A stretch of 64,000 bases of DNA from an uncultured Alphaproteobacteria bacterium (GCA_963831275.1 CAWHPN010000004.1:31265-95264); one strand, 5' to 3'. Counted from the stretch's first letter, positions 45,803 to 55,451 are shown. The notes: generated by a model from the sequence alone, not told the origin. Made by a program: numbers and translations.

Positions 45803-46012
45803 CTAGGCGTGCTGCGCGGCATCCTTCTCCGGCACGCTCATCTCGGGTTTTCCGGGCAACATGTAGGTGCGTGTGCGCTTGCAGGAATAACAGACATAGG
45901 TATTGCGCTGCATATTCCGCACGACCGGATGCGGTGTGACGGCAACGTGGACCATAGCGGTTCGACACTGAGGACACATCGCCTCGGAATCGACTGTAGG
46001 GGACACATTCAT
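45803..46012 (-). CDS. small zinc-ribbon protein (CxxC...CxxC)
   Basis: MCPQCRTAMVHV...YVCYSCKRTRTY. Lies immediately upstream of the PilZ gene on the same strand. Confidence 0.55.
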   Translation of the reverse strand: MNVSPTVDSEAMCPQCRTAMVHVAVTPHPVVRNMQRNTYVCYSCKRTRTYMLPGKPEMSVPEKDAAQHA

Positions 46013-46169
46013 GTTGGTTACGCTTCTAGGTCAGACAGACTGCACGAAAGGCGTCATTCGACGGCTCATCCAAATTAAGTCAGGAAGTTTAAGAATTCAT
46101 TCATGAGCAAACGGACTGATTTTTAAAAGCAATTCAGTCCTCGCCAGCGGAAATAAACGCTGGCCAAGC

Positions 46170-46211
46170 AAAAAGGGGGGATGGACCGAGCTATTCACAA
46201 TCCGTCCCCCC
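46170..46211 (-). terminator. Rho-independent terminator
   Basis: On the minus strand: GGGGGGACGGA - 15-nt loop - TCCATCCCCCC (10 of 11 bp paired) followed by TTTTT. It lies 11 nt after the stop at 46222. Confidence 0.7.
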
Positions 46212-46221
46212 AGGCACCGGG

Positions 46222-46407
46222 TCAGTAAAGATCGCTGATGTCCTGGCTACGGAGCGACTTTGCGCTGACCGTTGACTGCATCCCGTAAGGATCCACTTGA
46301 ACGAGGGTCTGCCCATTTGCAGCGGCGGTCGCCGGCGGTGTCGGGCGCAGGGTCAAGCCCGCTGAAATGAGGGCGAGGGTCATGACAGTTATTGCTAAGA
46401 CACGCAT
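46222..46407 (-). CDS. small secreted/exported protein (about 61 aa)
   Basis: Signal-like MRVLAITVMTLALISAGLTL. Ends just before the terminator. Confidence 0.45.
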   Translation of the reverse strand: MRVLAITVMTLALISAGLTLRPTPPATAAANGQTLVQVDPYGMQSTVSAKSLRSQDISDLY

Positions 46408-46715
46408 GAGTGACTCCATTGGTTGGGATCAGATAGATTCTGCGGCGTGGCCCCGAATTGCGCGGCTTTACGGGTCACATCCGTTACGGCGAGGGCGATG
46501 CGCTCAAAATCCGGGCGGATAAGAGCTCCCGCGCCAGTCAGACGGACAACCGATTGCTTTCGCTCGAACAATGGACTGCCAAGCTCTTGCTCAAGCTGCT
46601 GGATGGCGCGGGTGAGGGATGGCTGTGCAACGCCGCAGCGTTTTGCCGCCCGGGTAAAGTTTTGCTCCTCGCACAGCGCGAGGAAATATTCGATCTGTCG
46701 CATTTTCACTGGCAT
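46395..46715 (-). CDS. LysR-type HTH domain only (106 aa, effector domain absent)
   Basis: MRQIEYFLALCEEQNFTRAAKRCGVAQPSLTRAIQQLEQELGSPLFER plus the linker helix. No coding room remains for the ~200-aa effector domain. Confidence 0.65.
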   Translation of the reverse strand: MPVKMRQIEYFLALCEEQNFTRAAKRCGVAQPSLTRAIQQLEQELGSPLFERKQSVVRLTGAGALIRPDFERIALAVTDVTRKAAQFGATPQNLSDPNQWSHSCVS

Positions 46716-46724
46716 GCCTCTCGA

Positions 46725-46895
46725 CTAGCGTGTTGCAAGATCGATTTTGTCGGCGATGAAGGGCCATGCGATGGCGCCTGCGAGAACGAGCCCATAAAAT
46801 ACGAGCCAGATCGTGGCGACCGCGCTTTCGCCGCGGCTGTGGTCTTGCTTGCGTTGCCAGTGCGAAATATGTTTGTCGGTGTTGATTGTTCGCAT
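46725..46895 (-). CDS. possible 56-aa single-TM protein
   Basis: Hand-found and below the track cutoff. AGGGAG lies upstream of the ATG. Translation: MRTINTDKHISHWQRKQDHSRGESAVATIWLVFYGLVLAGAIAWPFIADKIDLATR. Ends 10 nt before the LysR-HTH ATG. Confidence 0.35.
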   Translation of the reverse strand: MRTINTDKHISHWQRKQDHSRGESAVATIWLVFYGLVLAGAIAWPFIADKIDLATR

Positions 46896-47118
46896 TGTTA
46901 TTCTCCCTCACTTACACCGCTATCACGCGGTTGCTCGAACGACGGTGAAGTAGCTCACATTCGCCGCTCGGTTTTGCCGCTGGTTGTGCTCAGCGCGTGC
47001 GAGGGTCGGAGCCTGGTCGGGCTAATAGGTTTGTTTTTGATGCTTCCGGGCAATATGCTGCCGTACCGCGGTAAGGAGTATTCGATGTTTTATTCAAAAT
47101 TTGTTTGGTGAACGCTGC

Positions 47119-47841
47119 ATGGCGATGGGGGCTGGCGATCGTTCTCGAACGAAGCCGTTTGATAAGCATCAACTTCTGCGCGCGCACCCATTTTTCAGGG
47201 ATTTGGGTGACGCGATCATTGAGCGTCTCGCCCCGCGGGTCATTACGACAAAACTGAAAAAGGGCGCCGTCATATTCCGGAAAGGGGATATCGGCTCGAA
47301 GCTTTATGCCGTAGGCACCGGGGCGGTGCGAATCAGCACTCCGTCCGAAGAGGGAAAGGATGCGATTTTCAACCTGGTGGTTCCCGGAGAGCTGTTCGGA
47401 GAAATTGCCTTCCTCGATGGCGGACAGCGAACGGCCGATGCAGTCGCAATCGATGACTGCGAGCTGATGGTAATAGAACGGCGCGATTTCATCCCTTTAA
47501 TTCAAGACAATCCCGAAGTCGCTATCGGGTTGATCAAAATACTTTGCGGGCGCATACGAAAAACGAGCGAGCAGGTCGAAGACATCGTCTTTCTCGATCT
47601 TCCAACCCGTCTCGCCAAGGTGCTGTTGCATTTACACCGGCCTTCCGGCACGGCCGCTCCCTCGAGCAAGATCAATGTCACGCAGAGAGAGATCAGTCAG
47701 ATGATCGGCGTTTCGCGTGAAAGCGCGAACAAACAATTGCAGGCATGGCAACGTAAGAAGTGGCTGAAACTTGAACGCGGCGGGATAATGATTATTGCGC
47801 CCCAAGCCCTCCGCGACCTCGTCTCAAAAAGCCCGGATTGA
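47119..47841 (+). CDS. Crp/Fnr-family transcriptional regulator
   Basis: CNB domain (GELFGEIAFLDGGQRTADAVA) plus a C-terminal HTH (TQREISQMIGVSRESANKQL). No obvious SD at the ATG at 47119. Confidence 0.85.
   Translation: MAMGAGDRSRTKPFDKHQLLRAHPFFRDLGDAIIERLAPRVITTKLKKGAVIFRKGDIGSKLYAVGTGAVRISTPSEEGKDAIFNLVVPGELFGEIAFLDGGQRTADAVAIDDCELMVIERRDFIPLIQDNPEVAIGLIKILCGRIRKTSEQVEDIVFLDLPTRLAKVLLHLHRPSGTAAPSSKINVTQREISQMIGVSRESANKQLQAWQRKKWLKLERGGIMIIAPQALRDLVSKSPD
47159..47172. promoter_or_regulatory. perfect FNR/FixK-type half-site palindrome TTGAT-N4-ATCAA
   Basis: TTGATAAGCATCAA at 47159-47172, inside codons 14-18 of the annotated Crp/Fnr ORF. Confidence 0.5.
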
Positions 47842-47862
47842 CCATCGCTCGGATGTTAAAGG

Positions 47863-49296
47863 TCACGGCTGGTCATCAATAAAACTGAGCGGACGCGCGA
47901 CGGTTTCGAGCGGCTTGCCCTCCGCATCGACACTCCATCGCCAGGCGACACATCCGGCAAAAATCATCAATGCCGCGCCCAGCAGGTAACCCCCAAACAC
48001 GCTTGTGTGTGAGCCTGTATCGATCAACAGCCCGAAGAGTGCGGGTGCGAGGACGCCACCAATGCCCGTGCCGACCGCGTAGAAAAAGGCGATTGCCAAT
48101 GCGCGAATTTCAAGTGGAAATGTTTCGCTCACCGTCAGGTAAGCCGAGCTTGCAGCTGCAGACGCAAAAAAGAAGATGATCATCCAGCAGGCGGTTTGAG
48201 CGACCGCGTCAATTAAGTCACGCATGAATAACCACCCCGTCAACGCAAGAAGGGTGCCTGAGGTGATGTAGGTGAACGCAATCATCCTTCGGCGGCCGAT
48301 GGTGTCGAACAGACGACCAATCAACACGGGTCCGGCAAAATTGCCGAGTGCGAACGGTAGAAGGTACCACCCGACGTGGCGGGATTCTACGCCGTAAAAG
48401 TCGGTAAGAATCAGCGCGTAAGTAAAGAAGATGGCGTTGTAGAAAAATGCCTGTGAGGCCATCAAGGTCAATCCGACCATCGTTCTGCGACGATATTGTT
48501 TGAAAAGCGTGCGAGCCACCATGCGAAGCGGTGTCGAACCGCGCGCGCGCAGGCGCACCCGGGGCAAATCAGTTGTTGGGGAGAGCGCGCTGAATTTGCT
48601 TTCAATGTCTGACACGACCCGTTCGGCCTCATCAGCGTAACCGTGCGTCATCAGCCAGCGTGGGCTTTCGGGCAGCCAAAACCTCATAAGAAAAATAAGG
48701 CTGGCAAGACCGGCACCGATGAGGAAGGCGAGCCGCCAACCAAAGTCCGGATTGATAACCTGGGGATCGAGTAACACCAATGAGCCGATGGCGCCGATGG
48801 CCGCGCCAATCCAGAAACTTCCATTGATCATGAGATCGTTCCAGCCGCGAACACGTGCGGGGACAAGCTCTTGAATTGTCGAATTGATCGCCGAATACTC
48901 TCCGCCAATTCCTGCGCCGGTGATGAATCGAAAAATCGCAAAGCTTGCGATATTCCAAGAGAAAGCGGTTGCGGCGGTTGCCGTCAGATAAACAGAGAGC
49001 GTTATGAAAAATAACTTTTTGCGACCGAGGCGATCAGTGAGCCATCCGAAGAACAAGGATCCAAGGACAGCTCCAGCCAGATAGGCGCTGCTTGCAAATC
49101 CGATTTCGGTGTTGGAAAAATGCAGGCTTGGGCTTTCTTTCAAAGCACCGGCCAGACTTCCAGCGAGCGTCACCTCCAGCCCATCCAGAATCCATGTAAT
49201 TCCAAGCGCCGCGACCACCAGCGTGTGAAAGCGGCCCCATGGCAATCGATCAAGCCGGGCCGGAATGTTGGTTTCGACAATCGGTCCAGATTGCAT
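47863..49296 (-). CDS. MFS transporter (sugar-porter / metabolite:H+ symporter type)
   Basis: 477 aa, 12-TM pattern, GWLTDRLGRKK loop motif, PESPRWL motif. Confidence 0.85.
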   Translation of the reverse strand: MQSGPIVETNIPARLDRLPWGRFHTLVVAALGITWILDGLEVTLAGSLAGALKESPSLHFSNTEIGFASSAYLAGAVLGSLFFGWLTDRLGRKKLFFITLSVYLTATAATAFSWNIASFAIFRFITGAGIGGEYSAINSTIQELVPARVRGWNDLMINGSFWIGAAIGAIGSLVLLDPQVINPDFGWRLAFLIGAGLASLIFLMRFWLPESPRWLMTHGYADEAERVVSDIESKFSALSPTTDLPRVRLRARGSTPLRMVARTLFKQYRRRTMVGLTLMASQAFFYNAIFFTYALILTDFYGVESRHVGWYLLPFALGNFAGPVLIGRLFDTIGRRRMIAFTYITSGTLLALTGWLFMRDLIDAVAQTACWMIIFFFASAAASSAYLTVSETFPLEIRALAIAFFYAVGTGIGGVLAPALFGLLIDTGSHTSVFGGYLLGAALMIFAGCVAWRWSVDAEGKPLETVARPLSFIDDQP

Positions 49297-49540
49297 GATG
49301 AATGCGATGTAAACACCGTCGCTTGAATTAACGTCGTTCGATTCGCGCGCGCGAAGAAAGCCCGTATCTCACCCGTACCGCGCGTAACGCAAAATAAATC
49401 ATGAATCCGCGGACAAAAAAGTTTTAGCGGCCGTTCGATTGCACCTATCAAACGGTCAAATAACGGAAAATCAATGGCTACCCGCTAATTATTTGAAATA
49501 CTTGATGATGATTGCCCGGAGATTTTGTGGCGTCCATCAG

Positions 49541-52500
49541 ATGATCGGCATTAAAAAAATACGGCCTGCGCTCGTCAGGCATCGATCGGTGCTGCTCGGG
49601 GCGCTGCTTGTCGGTCTTGTGTGGACCGCCCTGTTTTATTTCTTCAAAAATGAACACGACAGCGCCGAACGCGCAGCAATTCAAAACTCGACAAATCTTG
49701 CAAGCGCGTTTGAAGAGCACCTTTCGCTATCCCTCGGAGAGATCGATGGATCGCTCAAAGCTGTTCGAACGCTCTACGCGCGAGATCCGGATAACTTTGA
49801 CCTGAGGAATTGGCTGAAATCCAGTGGCGGAACAAACGTTATCGCAAAAATCGGAGTGGTGGACCGTGACGGTCGTGTGAAGCTCGGGAGTGGACTGCCC
49901 GCGCGAACCAGAGCCGACGTCCGGGAAACGGAATATTTCCGTACTCAGGCAAATTCGCGTGCCGATGAACTGATGATCGGCAAGCCGACGTTCGAGCCTT
50001 CAACAGCGAAATGGTCATTCGAATTGTCGCGGCGCATTGAAGACGGAAATGGGTCGTTCAATGGCGTGGTTGTTGCTTTTCTTGATCCCGAATATCTCAT
50101 GCGCATTTACAATTCCGTCAATATAGGCAGGTCAGGCTACATACGGATAATTGGACTCGACGGAGCTGTTCGCGCGACCAGCGGGACTTCGCTTTCCATT
50201 CTTAGAAAAGACTTTTCGAAAGTTCAATTGATCGAAAAGTATCAATCCGAGAAAGCAGGTTGGTTCTATTCGTCCAGCAATTTGAGCGACAACCTGCAAC
50301 GCCTGACTGCGTATCGCAAGCTGGATAATTATCCGCTTTTCGTCACAGTGGGCCTTTCAAGCGAAGACATTTTCTCGCAACTCGAGGCCCAGAAGCAGTC
50401 GGGTTATTTGGTCGCGGTGGTACTGACGTTGTTGATACTCACCGTGACGGCTTTGAGTGTCAGAGGACAGTTACTGCGCGAAATGGCAAATAAGCACCTT
50501 GAGCATAGCAACATGCTTTTGAATGCGACCTTGGCAAACATGCCACAAGGAATTTGCATGTTTGGCGCGGATAAAAAGCTCGTTCTGGCTAACGATCTCT
50601 ACAGTACAATGTATGGTCTGGATCCGGAAAAACTAAAATCTGGAACAACGTTACCCGAGATTCTGGACGCGCGAATAGCCGCCGGAGGCTGCCCCGAGGA
50701 TGCAAAAAAATATGTTGCAGATCGGATGGACGAAGCGTTTCGCACGGATCCGGGTTACGTCGTCAACAAGTTGCAGGATGGCCGGTCCCTTGCGGTCAGC
50801 AGACGGCCAATGCCCAATGGTGGTTTTGTGGCGGTACACCAGGACGTCACAGCGCACCTGCGTGCTGAGCAGCAGCTGGAAGAAACAAGACAATTCCTGA
50901 ATTCCATTATTGAGAACATTCCTATTGGGGTGGTTGTGAAGGACGCAAACACGCGCAAGTTCATTCTCGTAAACCGGGCATTCGAGGCGATGCTCAAGGT
51001 GCCGAGAAGCGAAGTTCTGGGAAAGACCGTATTCGATATTTATCGCAAGAACGATGCGGAGCGTATCGACGCATCCGACAATGTCGCTCTGACCGGAGAG
51101 TTCGGCGCCTGCTCGAACGATTATGAAATCGAGATGCCTGACGGCGAATCACGCGTTCTGGCCACCAGCCGCCTCGTGGCACGCGACAACCGCGGCGTGG
51201 CCAGGCACCTCGTTGTCGTCATCGACGACGTCACCGAGCGAAAAAAGTCCGAACAGCGAATTGCCTTCATGGCCCATCATGACGTTCTGACGGGGTTGCC
51301 AAACCGTCTGGCCGTGATGGACAAGATAGAGGAGGCGATTGCGCGACACCGCCGGCATGGCGATCAGTTTGCCGTTTTGCTGCTGGATCTCGACCGTTTC
51401 AAACATGTCAATGACACCTTGGGCCATGCCATTGGGGATGCGCTGCTGAGGGAAACTGCCGTCCAACTCAAAGCATCCCTTCGCGAAACCGACGTACTGG
51501 CTCGTCTCGGTGGTGACGAATTTGCCATTGTGCAAGACAGAGAGAACGACCAGCACGGCGATGCCGGTGGGCTCGCCGATCGCATCATCGAAATCATCTC
51601 CGAGCCGTTCCATTTGGAAGGCCACGAAGTCAACATTGCCACAAGTATCGGCGTTGCTCTGGCGCCCGAGCATGCAACCACTTCCGACAGCCTGATGAAA
51701 ATGGCGGATCTGGCGCTGTATCGAGCGAAGTCGGGAGGACGGAACGGATTTCGTTTCTTCGATCCAGAGATGAGCATGGCCGCAAGCGCACGGCATGAGC
51801 TGGAGGGCGAATTGCGGCGTGCAATTCAGCAAGAGGAGCTGGAGCTACACTATCAACCGATCGTCGACACCAAAACGCTCGCTGTTTGCGGTGCCGAGGC
51901 ATTGATTCGTTGGCGGCACCCGACCAAAGGCATGATCTTCCCCGACGAGTTCATTCCGCTTGCCGAGGAAACCGGGATGATCACCCAGATCGGGGAGTGG
52001 TTGTTGCAAACTGCGTGCAGCGAAGCCACGACCTGGCCCGACGACATCAAGGTCGCTGTCAATTTGTCGGCCGTTCAATTCCGCAAGAACAACCTGTTCG
52101 ACGTTGTGATATGCGCGCTGGCGCAATCGGGATTGGCACCCGAGCGTCTCGAGCTGGAGATTACCGAGACCGCCCTTATTGAATCCGCGACCGAGTGCTT
52201 GCCGGTTTTGCGCCAGTTCAAGAATTTGGGCATTGCGGTTGCGCTTGACGACTTCGGCACGGGCTATTCGTCCCTGAGCCAGTTGATGATGTTCCCATTC
52301 GACAAGATCAAGGTCGATAAATCTTTTATCCAAAATCTGACGAAGCGCACGGAGTGCGCGGCCATCATTGCGGCGACTTTGACCTTGGCCCGCAGCCTCG
52401 ACATAGCGACGACCGCAGAGGGCGTCGAAACAGTCGAACAGTATCGACTTTTACGGCTGGCGGGCGTGACATCGCTGCAAGGTTATCTGTTCCAGCCGCC

Positions 52501-52567
52501 TTGCCCGTCGTCACAGATCAATTTCGATCGCATATATCATTTCCCGGAGATCGAAAATGCAGCGTAG
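49541..52567 (+). CDS. sensor (periplasmic Cache-like)-TM-PAS-PAS-GGDEF-EAL protein
   Basis: Intact GGDEF (LARLGGDEFAIV) and EAL (GAEALIRW ... DDFGTGYSSL ... KVDKSFI). Start uncertain (49439, 49505 or 49541). Confidence 0.9.
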   Translation: MIGIKKIRPALVRHRSVLLGALLVGLVWTALFYFFKNEHDSAERAAIQNSTNLASAFEEHLSLSLGEIDGSLKAVRTLYARDPDNFDLRNWLKSSGGTNVIAKIGVVDRDGRVKLGSGLPARTRADVRETEYFRTQANSRADELMIGKPTFEPSTAKWSFELSRRIEDGNGSFNGVVVAFLDPEYLMRIYNSVNIGRSGYIRIIGLDGAVRATSGTSLSILRKDFSKVQLIEKYQSEKAGWFYSSSNLSDNLQRLTAYRKLDNYPLFVTVGLSSEDIFSQLEAQKQSGYLVAVVLTLLILTVTALSVRGQLLREMANKHLEHSNMLLNATLANMPQGICMFGADKKLVLANDLYSTMYGLDPEKLKSGTTLPEILDARIAAGGCPEDAKKYVADRMDEAFRTDPGYVVNKLQDGRSLAVSRRPMPNGGFVAVHQDVTAHLRAEQQLEETRQFLNSIIENIPIGVVVKDANTRKFILVNRAFEAMLKVPRSEVLGKTVFDIYRKNDAERIDASDNVALTGEFGACSNDYEIEMPDGESRVLATSRLVARDNRGVARHLVVVIDDVTERKKSEQRIAFMAHHDVLTGLPNRLAVMDKIEEAIARHRRHGDQFAVLLLDLDRFKHVNDTLGHAIGDALLRETAVQLKASLRETDVLARLGGDEFAIVQDRENDQHGDAGGLADRIIEIISEPFHLEGHEVNIATSIGVALAPEHATTSDSLMKMADLALYRAKSGGRNGFRFFDPEMSMAASARHELEGELRRAIQQEELELHYQPIVDTKTLAVCGAEALIRWRHPTKGMIFPDEFIPLAEETGMITQIGEWLLQTACSEATTWPDDIKVAVNLSAVQFRKNNLFDVVICALAQSGLAPERLELEITETALIESATECLPVLRQFKNLGIAVALDDFGTGYSSLSQLMMFPFDKIKVDKSFIQNLTKRTECAAIIAATLTLARSLDIATTAEGVETVEQYRLLRLAGVTSLQGYLFQPPCPSSQINFDRIYHFPEIENAA

Positions 52568-53714
52568 TGCATCAAGCCCCGGGGAAGATCGGCGAAAACA
52601 CGCTGGTGAACAAAAATCGGCAGTGAATCACCAATCGTTGATAGACGAACTCGAAGCCTCGATTTCGCAAAAAAATATCGGGTCTCGTGCCGACATCCTG
52701 CGACAGATAACCGACCTATTTGTCGCCGGCTCGGAATACTTCGACGTGGATCAGCTGGCGCTTTTCGACGATGTCATGAGCCGGCTAGTCAACGAGATTG
52801 AACATTCGGCCCGTGTCGCGTTCGGTGAGACGCTTGCGGCTGTTGCGAACGCGCCCCCAAAAATAACGCGAACGCTGGCCCTTGACGATTCAATTGACGT
52901 GGCCGGTCCCGTGCTTCGCCGCTCTGACTGTCTCGATGACGAAACGCTCATCACCGGCGCAAAAACCAAAGGGCAAGACCACCTGCTTGCGATTTCCCAG
53001 CGCAAGCGGCTGAGCGAAGACGTTACCGACGTTCTGGTTGAACGCGGAGATCAGAAGGTCGTCATCAGCACGGCCGCTAATGCCGGCGCACGATTTTCCG
53101 ATTTCGGTTATTCCACATTGGTTACACGGTCTGAAAATGACAGCGAGCTTGCGCTCCTGGTTTGGGCCCGGCCGGAAATTCCGCGCGAATATTTGCTGAA
53201 TTTGTTCGAAACAGCGTCGGAAATGGTCCGGCTCAAATTTGAAAGTGCCGATCGCGGCAAGGCGGATGTGGTACGGGGAATGATCAAGCAGGCGGCTGAT
53301 CAGATTCAGACAAAATTGCGCGATCATTCGTCGAACTATGCGGCCGCGCGCGCATATGTCGAGCAATTGCACAAGAATGGCGAGCTGACCGAAGCGCAGG
53401 TTTGCGAATTCGCCGAGCTTCGAAAATTCGATGAGACCGCGGCGGCGCTGTCTTTGCTGATCGATTTACCGGTTGGCGCGGTTGAGCGGGCGCTGGTCCA
53501 CGATACTGGTGACCAAATTCTGGTGCTGGCGAAATCGATTGATCTGTCGTGGAAGACGACCAATGCGATTCTGATGCTGCAAAGCCGCACGGGGCACAGG
53601 GCGAGCAACGAATCCGGCGAATACCTCGACCGATTCAAGAGGCTAAGGCCGGAAACCGCGCGCTCTGCAATCAAGTTCTATCGGCTGCGCGAACGCGCTG
53701 CCAAGGTGCGATAG
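52557..53714 (+). CDS. DUF2336 domain protein (paralog 2)
   Basis: 385 aa. GGAGA lies 7 nt upstream. The ATG at 52557 overlaps the GGDEF-EAL gene end by 11 nt. Confidence 0.8.
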   Translation: MQRSASSPGEDRRKHAGEQKSAVNHQSLIDELEASISQKNIGSRADILRQITDLFVAGSEYFDVDQLALFDDVMSRLVNEIEHSARVAFGETLAAVANAPPKITRTLALDDSIDVAGPVLRRSDCLDDETLITGAKTKGQDHLLAISQRKRLSEDVTDVLVERGDQKVVISTAANAGARFSDFGYSTLVTRSENDSELALLVWARPEIPREYLLNLFETASEMVRLKFESADRGKADVVRGMIKQAADQIQTKLRDHSSNYAAARAYVEQLHKNGELTEAQVCEFAELRKFDETAAALSLLIDLPVGAVERALVHDTGDQILVLAKSIDLSWKTTNAILMLQSRTGHRASNESGEYLDRFKRLRPETARSAIKFYRLRERAAKVR

Positions 53715-53723
53715 CGGGTCATA

Positions 53724-55220
53724 TCATGACGGCATTTGCGCAGCGCGCTGACCGGCGGTAGTGCCGGCGATCCTGCCGAATACCGAGCCGGCCATCAGGC
53801 CGGTGCCGCCGGGGTAATTGAAGTAGAACAGGCCACCAACGAGTTCACCCGCAGCGTGCAGGCCCGGGATTGCCTGCCCGTCGGTATCGATGACCCGGCC
53901 TGATGTATCGATCTTCAGGCCGCCAAAGGTAAAGGTGATGCCGCAGGTCACGGCGTAGGCCTCGAACGGTGGCGTGTCCACTGTGTTGGCCCAATTCGAT
54001 TTGTTGATTGGAAGACCCTGCGTGCCGCGGCCATCCTTGACGTTCGGGTTGAATGTGATGTCGGTGCGCACCGCCTTGTTGTAGGTCTTGATTGTCTCCA
54101 GGGCGCGCTTGGCATCCACGTCATCAAGTTTCTTCACCAGCTCTTCCAGCGTGTCCGCGCGCACCTTGGTGACCTGCTTGATGCGGTATTCATCACGCAA
54201 CATTGGAATGATCTTGTTGTCGAAGACCTGCCAGGCGAACTGACCGGGTTGCATCAGGATCACGCGGCCATATTTGGCGTAGGTGTAGTTGCGGAAATCC
54301 GCACCTTCATCGACGAAACGCTCGCCATTGGCGTTGATCATGATGCCCCATGGATACGAGTGCTTCTGGAAGTTGTCGCCAATCGCGAGATCTCCGAATT
54401 CCGGCGCGTTGCGGTCCCAACCGACTGCATGGCAGCCCGACCAATTGCCGGTCGGCATGGCGCCGATGTCGAGGGCCATGCGGATGCCGTCACCGGTGTT
54501 AAAGCGGGTGCCACGGATCTTGGCGAGCTCCCAGGTGGGGCCGAGATAACGAGTGCGCATTTCGGTATTGGCCTGGAAGCCGCCGGCCGCCAGGACTACG
54601 CACTTCGCCTTGACAGAAACGGTGCGGCCTTCGTGCTTGACCCTTACGCCATGAACGCCGTCATCGTCGGCGATTAATGCCAATGCGCGGGTGTTGTAGG
54701 CGACAGTGACGCCATTTTTTCCGGCGATCTTCGTGTGCGCTTCGACCAGGCCAGGGCCGCCGCCCCAGGCTTCGACGGTGAGGCCACCCCAGAACTTGAA
54801 TTTTCCATCGATCTTGTAAGCCTGCCGGCCATAGATCGGGATGAAGCGGATGCCCTTGTCTTGCATCCAGCGCATCGTGTCCTTGCTGCGCGTGATCAGA
54901 AGTTCGCACAGGTCAGGGTCGGTGCGATATTCGGTGACGCGACCCATGTCGTCGAAGAATTTGTCCTGGGTATAAGTGCCGAAGTCGGTATTGGCGACTT
55001 CCTGATCTGTCAGATCGGGCATCAGGGCGCGCAGATCGTCGACGCCATCATAGACGCAACGGAATGCGCCGGCCGTGAAGCGGCTATTGCCGCCGGATTC
55101 ATCCTCCGGCGCGCGTTCCAGCACGAGGACGGAGACGCCGTGCTCGGCCGCTGCATGAGCGGCGCAAAATGCCGCATTGCCGGCGCCGACTACGATGACG
55201 TCACTTGAAGAAGGCAACAT
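53724..55220 (-). CDS. FAD-dependent dehydrogenase (TcuA / fumarate-reductase-flavoprotein-like)
   Basis: DVIVVGAGNAAFCAAHAAAEHG..VLVLE...ESGGNSRFTAG, with C-terminal GLHAAGELVGG. Confidence 0.8.
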   Translation of the reverse strand: MLPSSSDVIVVGAGNAAFCAAHAAAEHGVSVLVLERAPEDESGGNSRFTAGAFRCVYDGVDDLRALMPDLTDQEVANTDFGTYTQDKFFDDMGRVTEYRTDPDLCELLITRSKDTMRWMQDKGIRFIPIYGRQAYKIDGKFKFWGGLTVEAWGGGPGLVEAHTKIAGKNGVTVAYNTRALALIADDDGVHGVRVKHEGRTVSVKAKCVVLAAGGFQANTEMRTRYLGPTWELAKIRGTRFNTGDGIRMALDIGAMPTGNWSGCHAVGWDRNAPEFGDLAIGDNFQKHSYPWGIMINANGERFVDEGADFRNYTYAKYGRVILMQPGQFAWQVFDNKIIPMLRDEYRIKQVTKVRADTLEELVKKLDDVDAKRALETIKTYNKAVRTDITFNPNVKDGRGTQGLPINKSNWANTVDTPPFEAYAVTCGITFTFGGLKIDTSGRVIDTDGQAIPGLHAAGELVGGLFYFNYPGGTGLMAGSVFGRIAGTTAGQRAAQMPS

Positions 55221-55451
55221 GATTTCTAACCCATAGTGTCGATTGGCCGTCGGCTGGTTGTGTGTGCAGTCGCAAGACTGGTATGGCAGGGACGGTCCAA
55301 ATAGCGTTTAAACCGGTACGTATCAGCATATTGAGAGGGGCGGACAGTTATCGCCAAATTTGCTGTTTCGTCAAAGCCTCCAAAATGGCTGAACCAAATA
55401 GCGTTTCGCAATGTTAAAAGTGGGGCCCATGCAGTCAAAAAGCGTTCTTCG

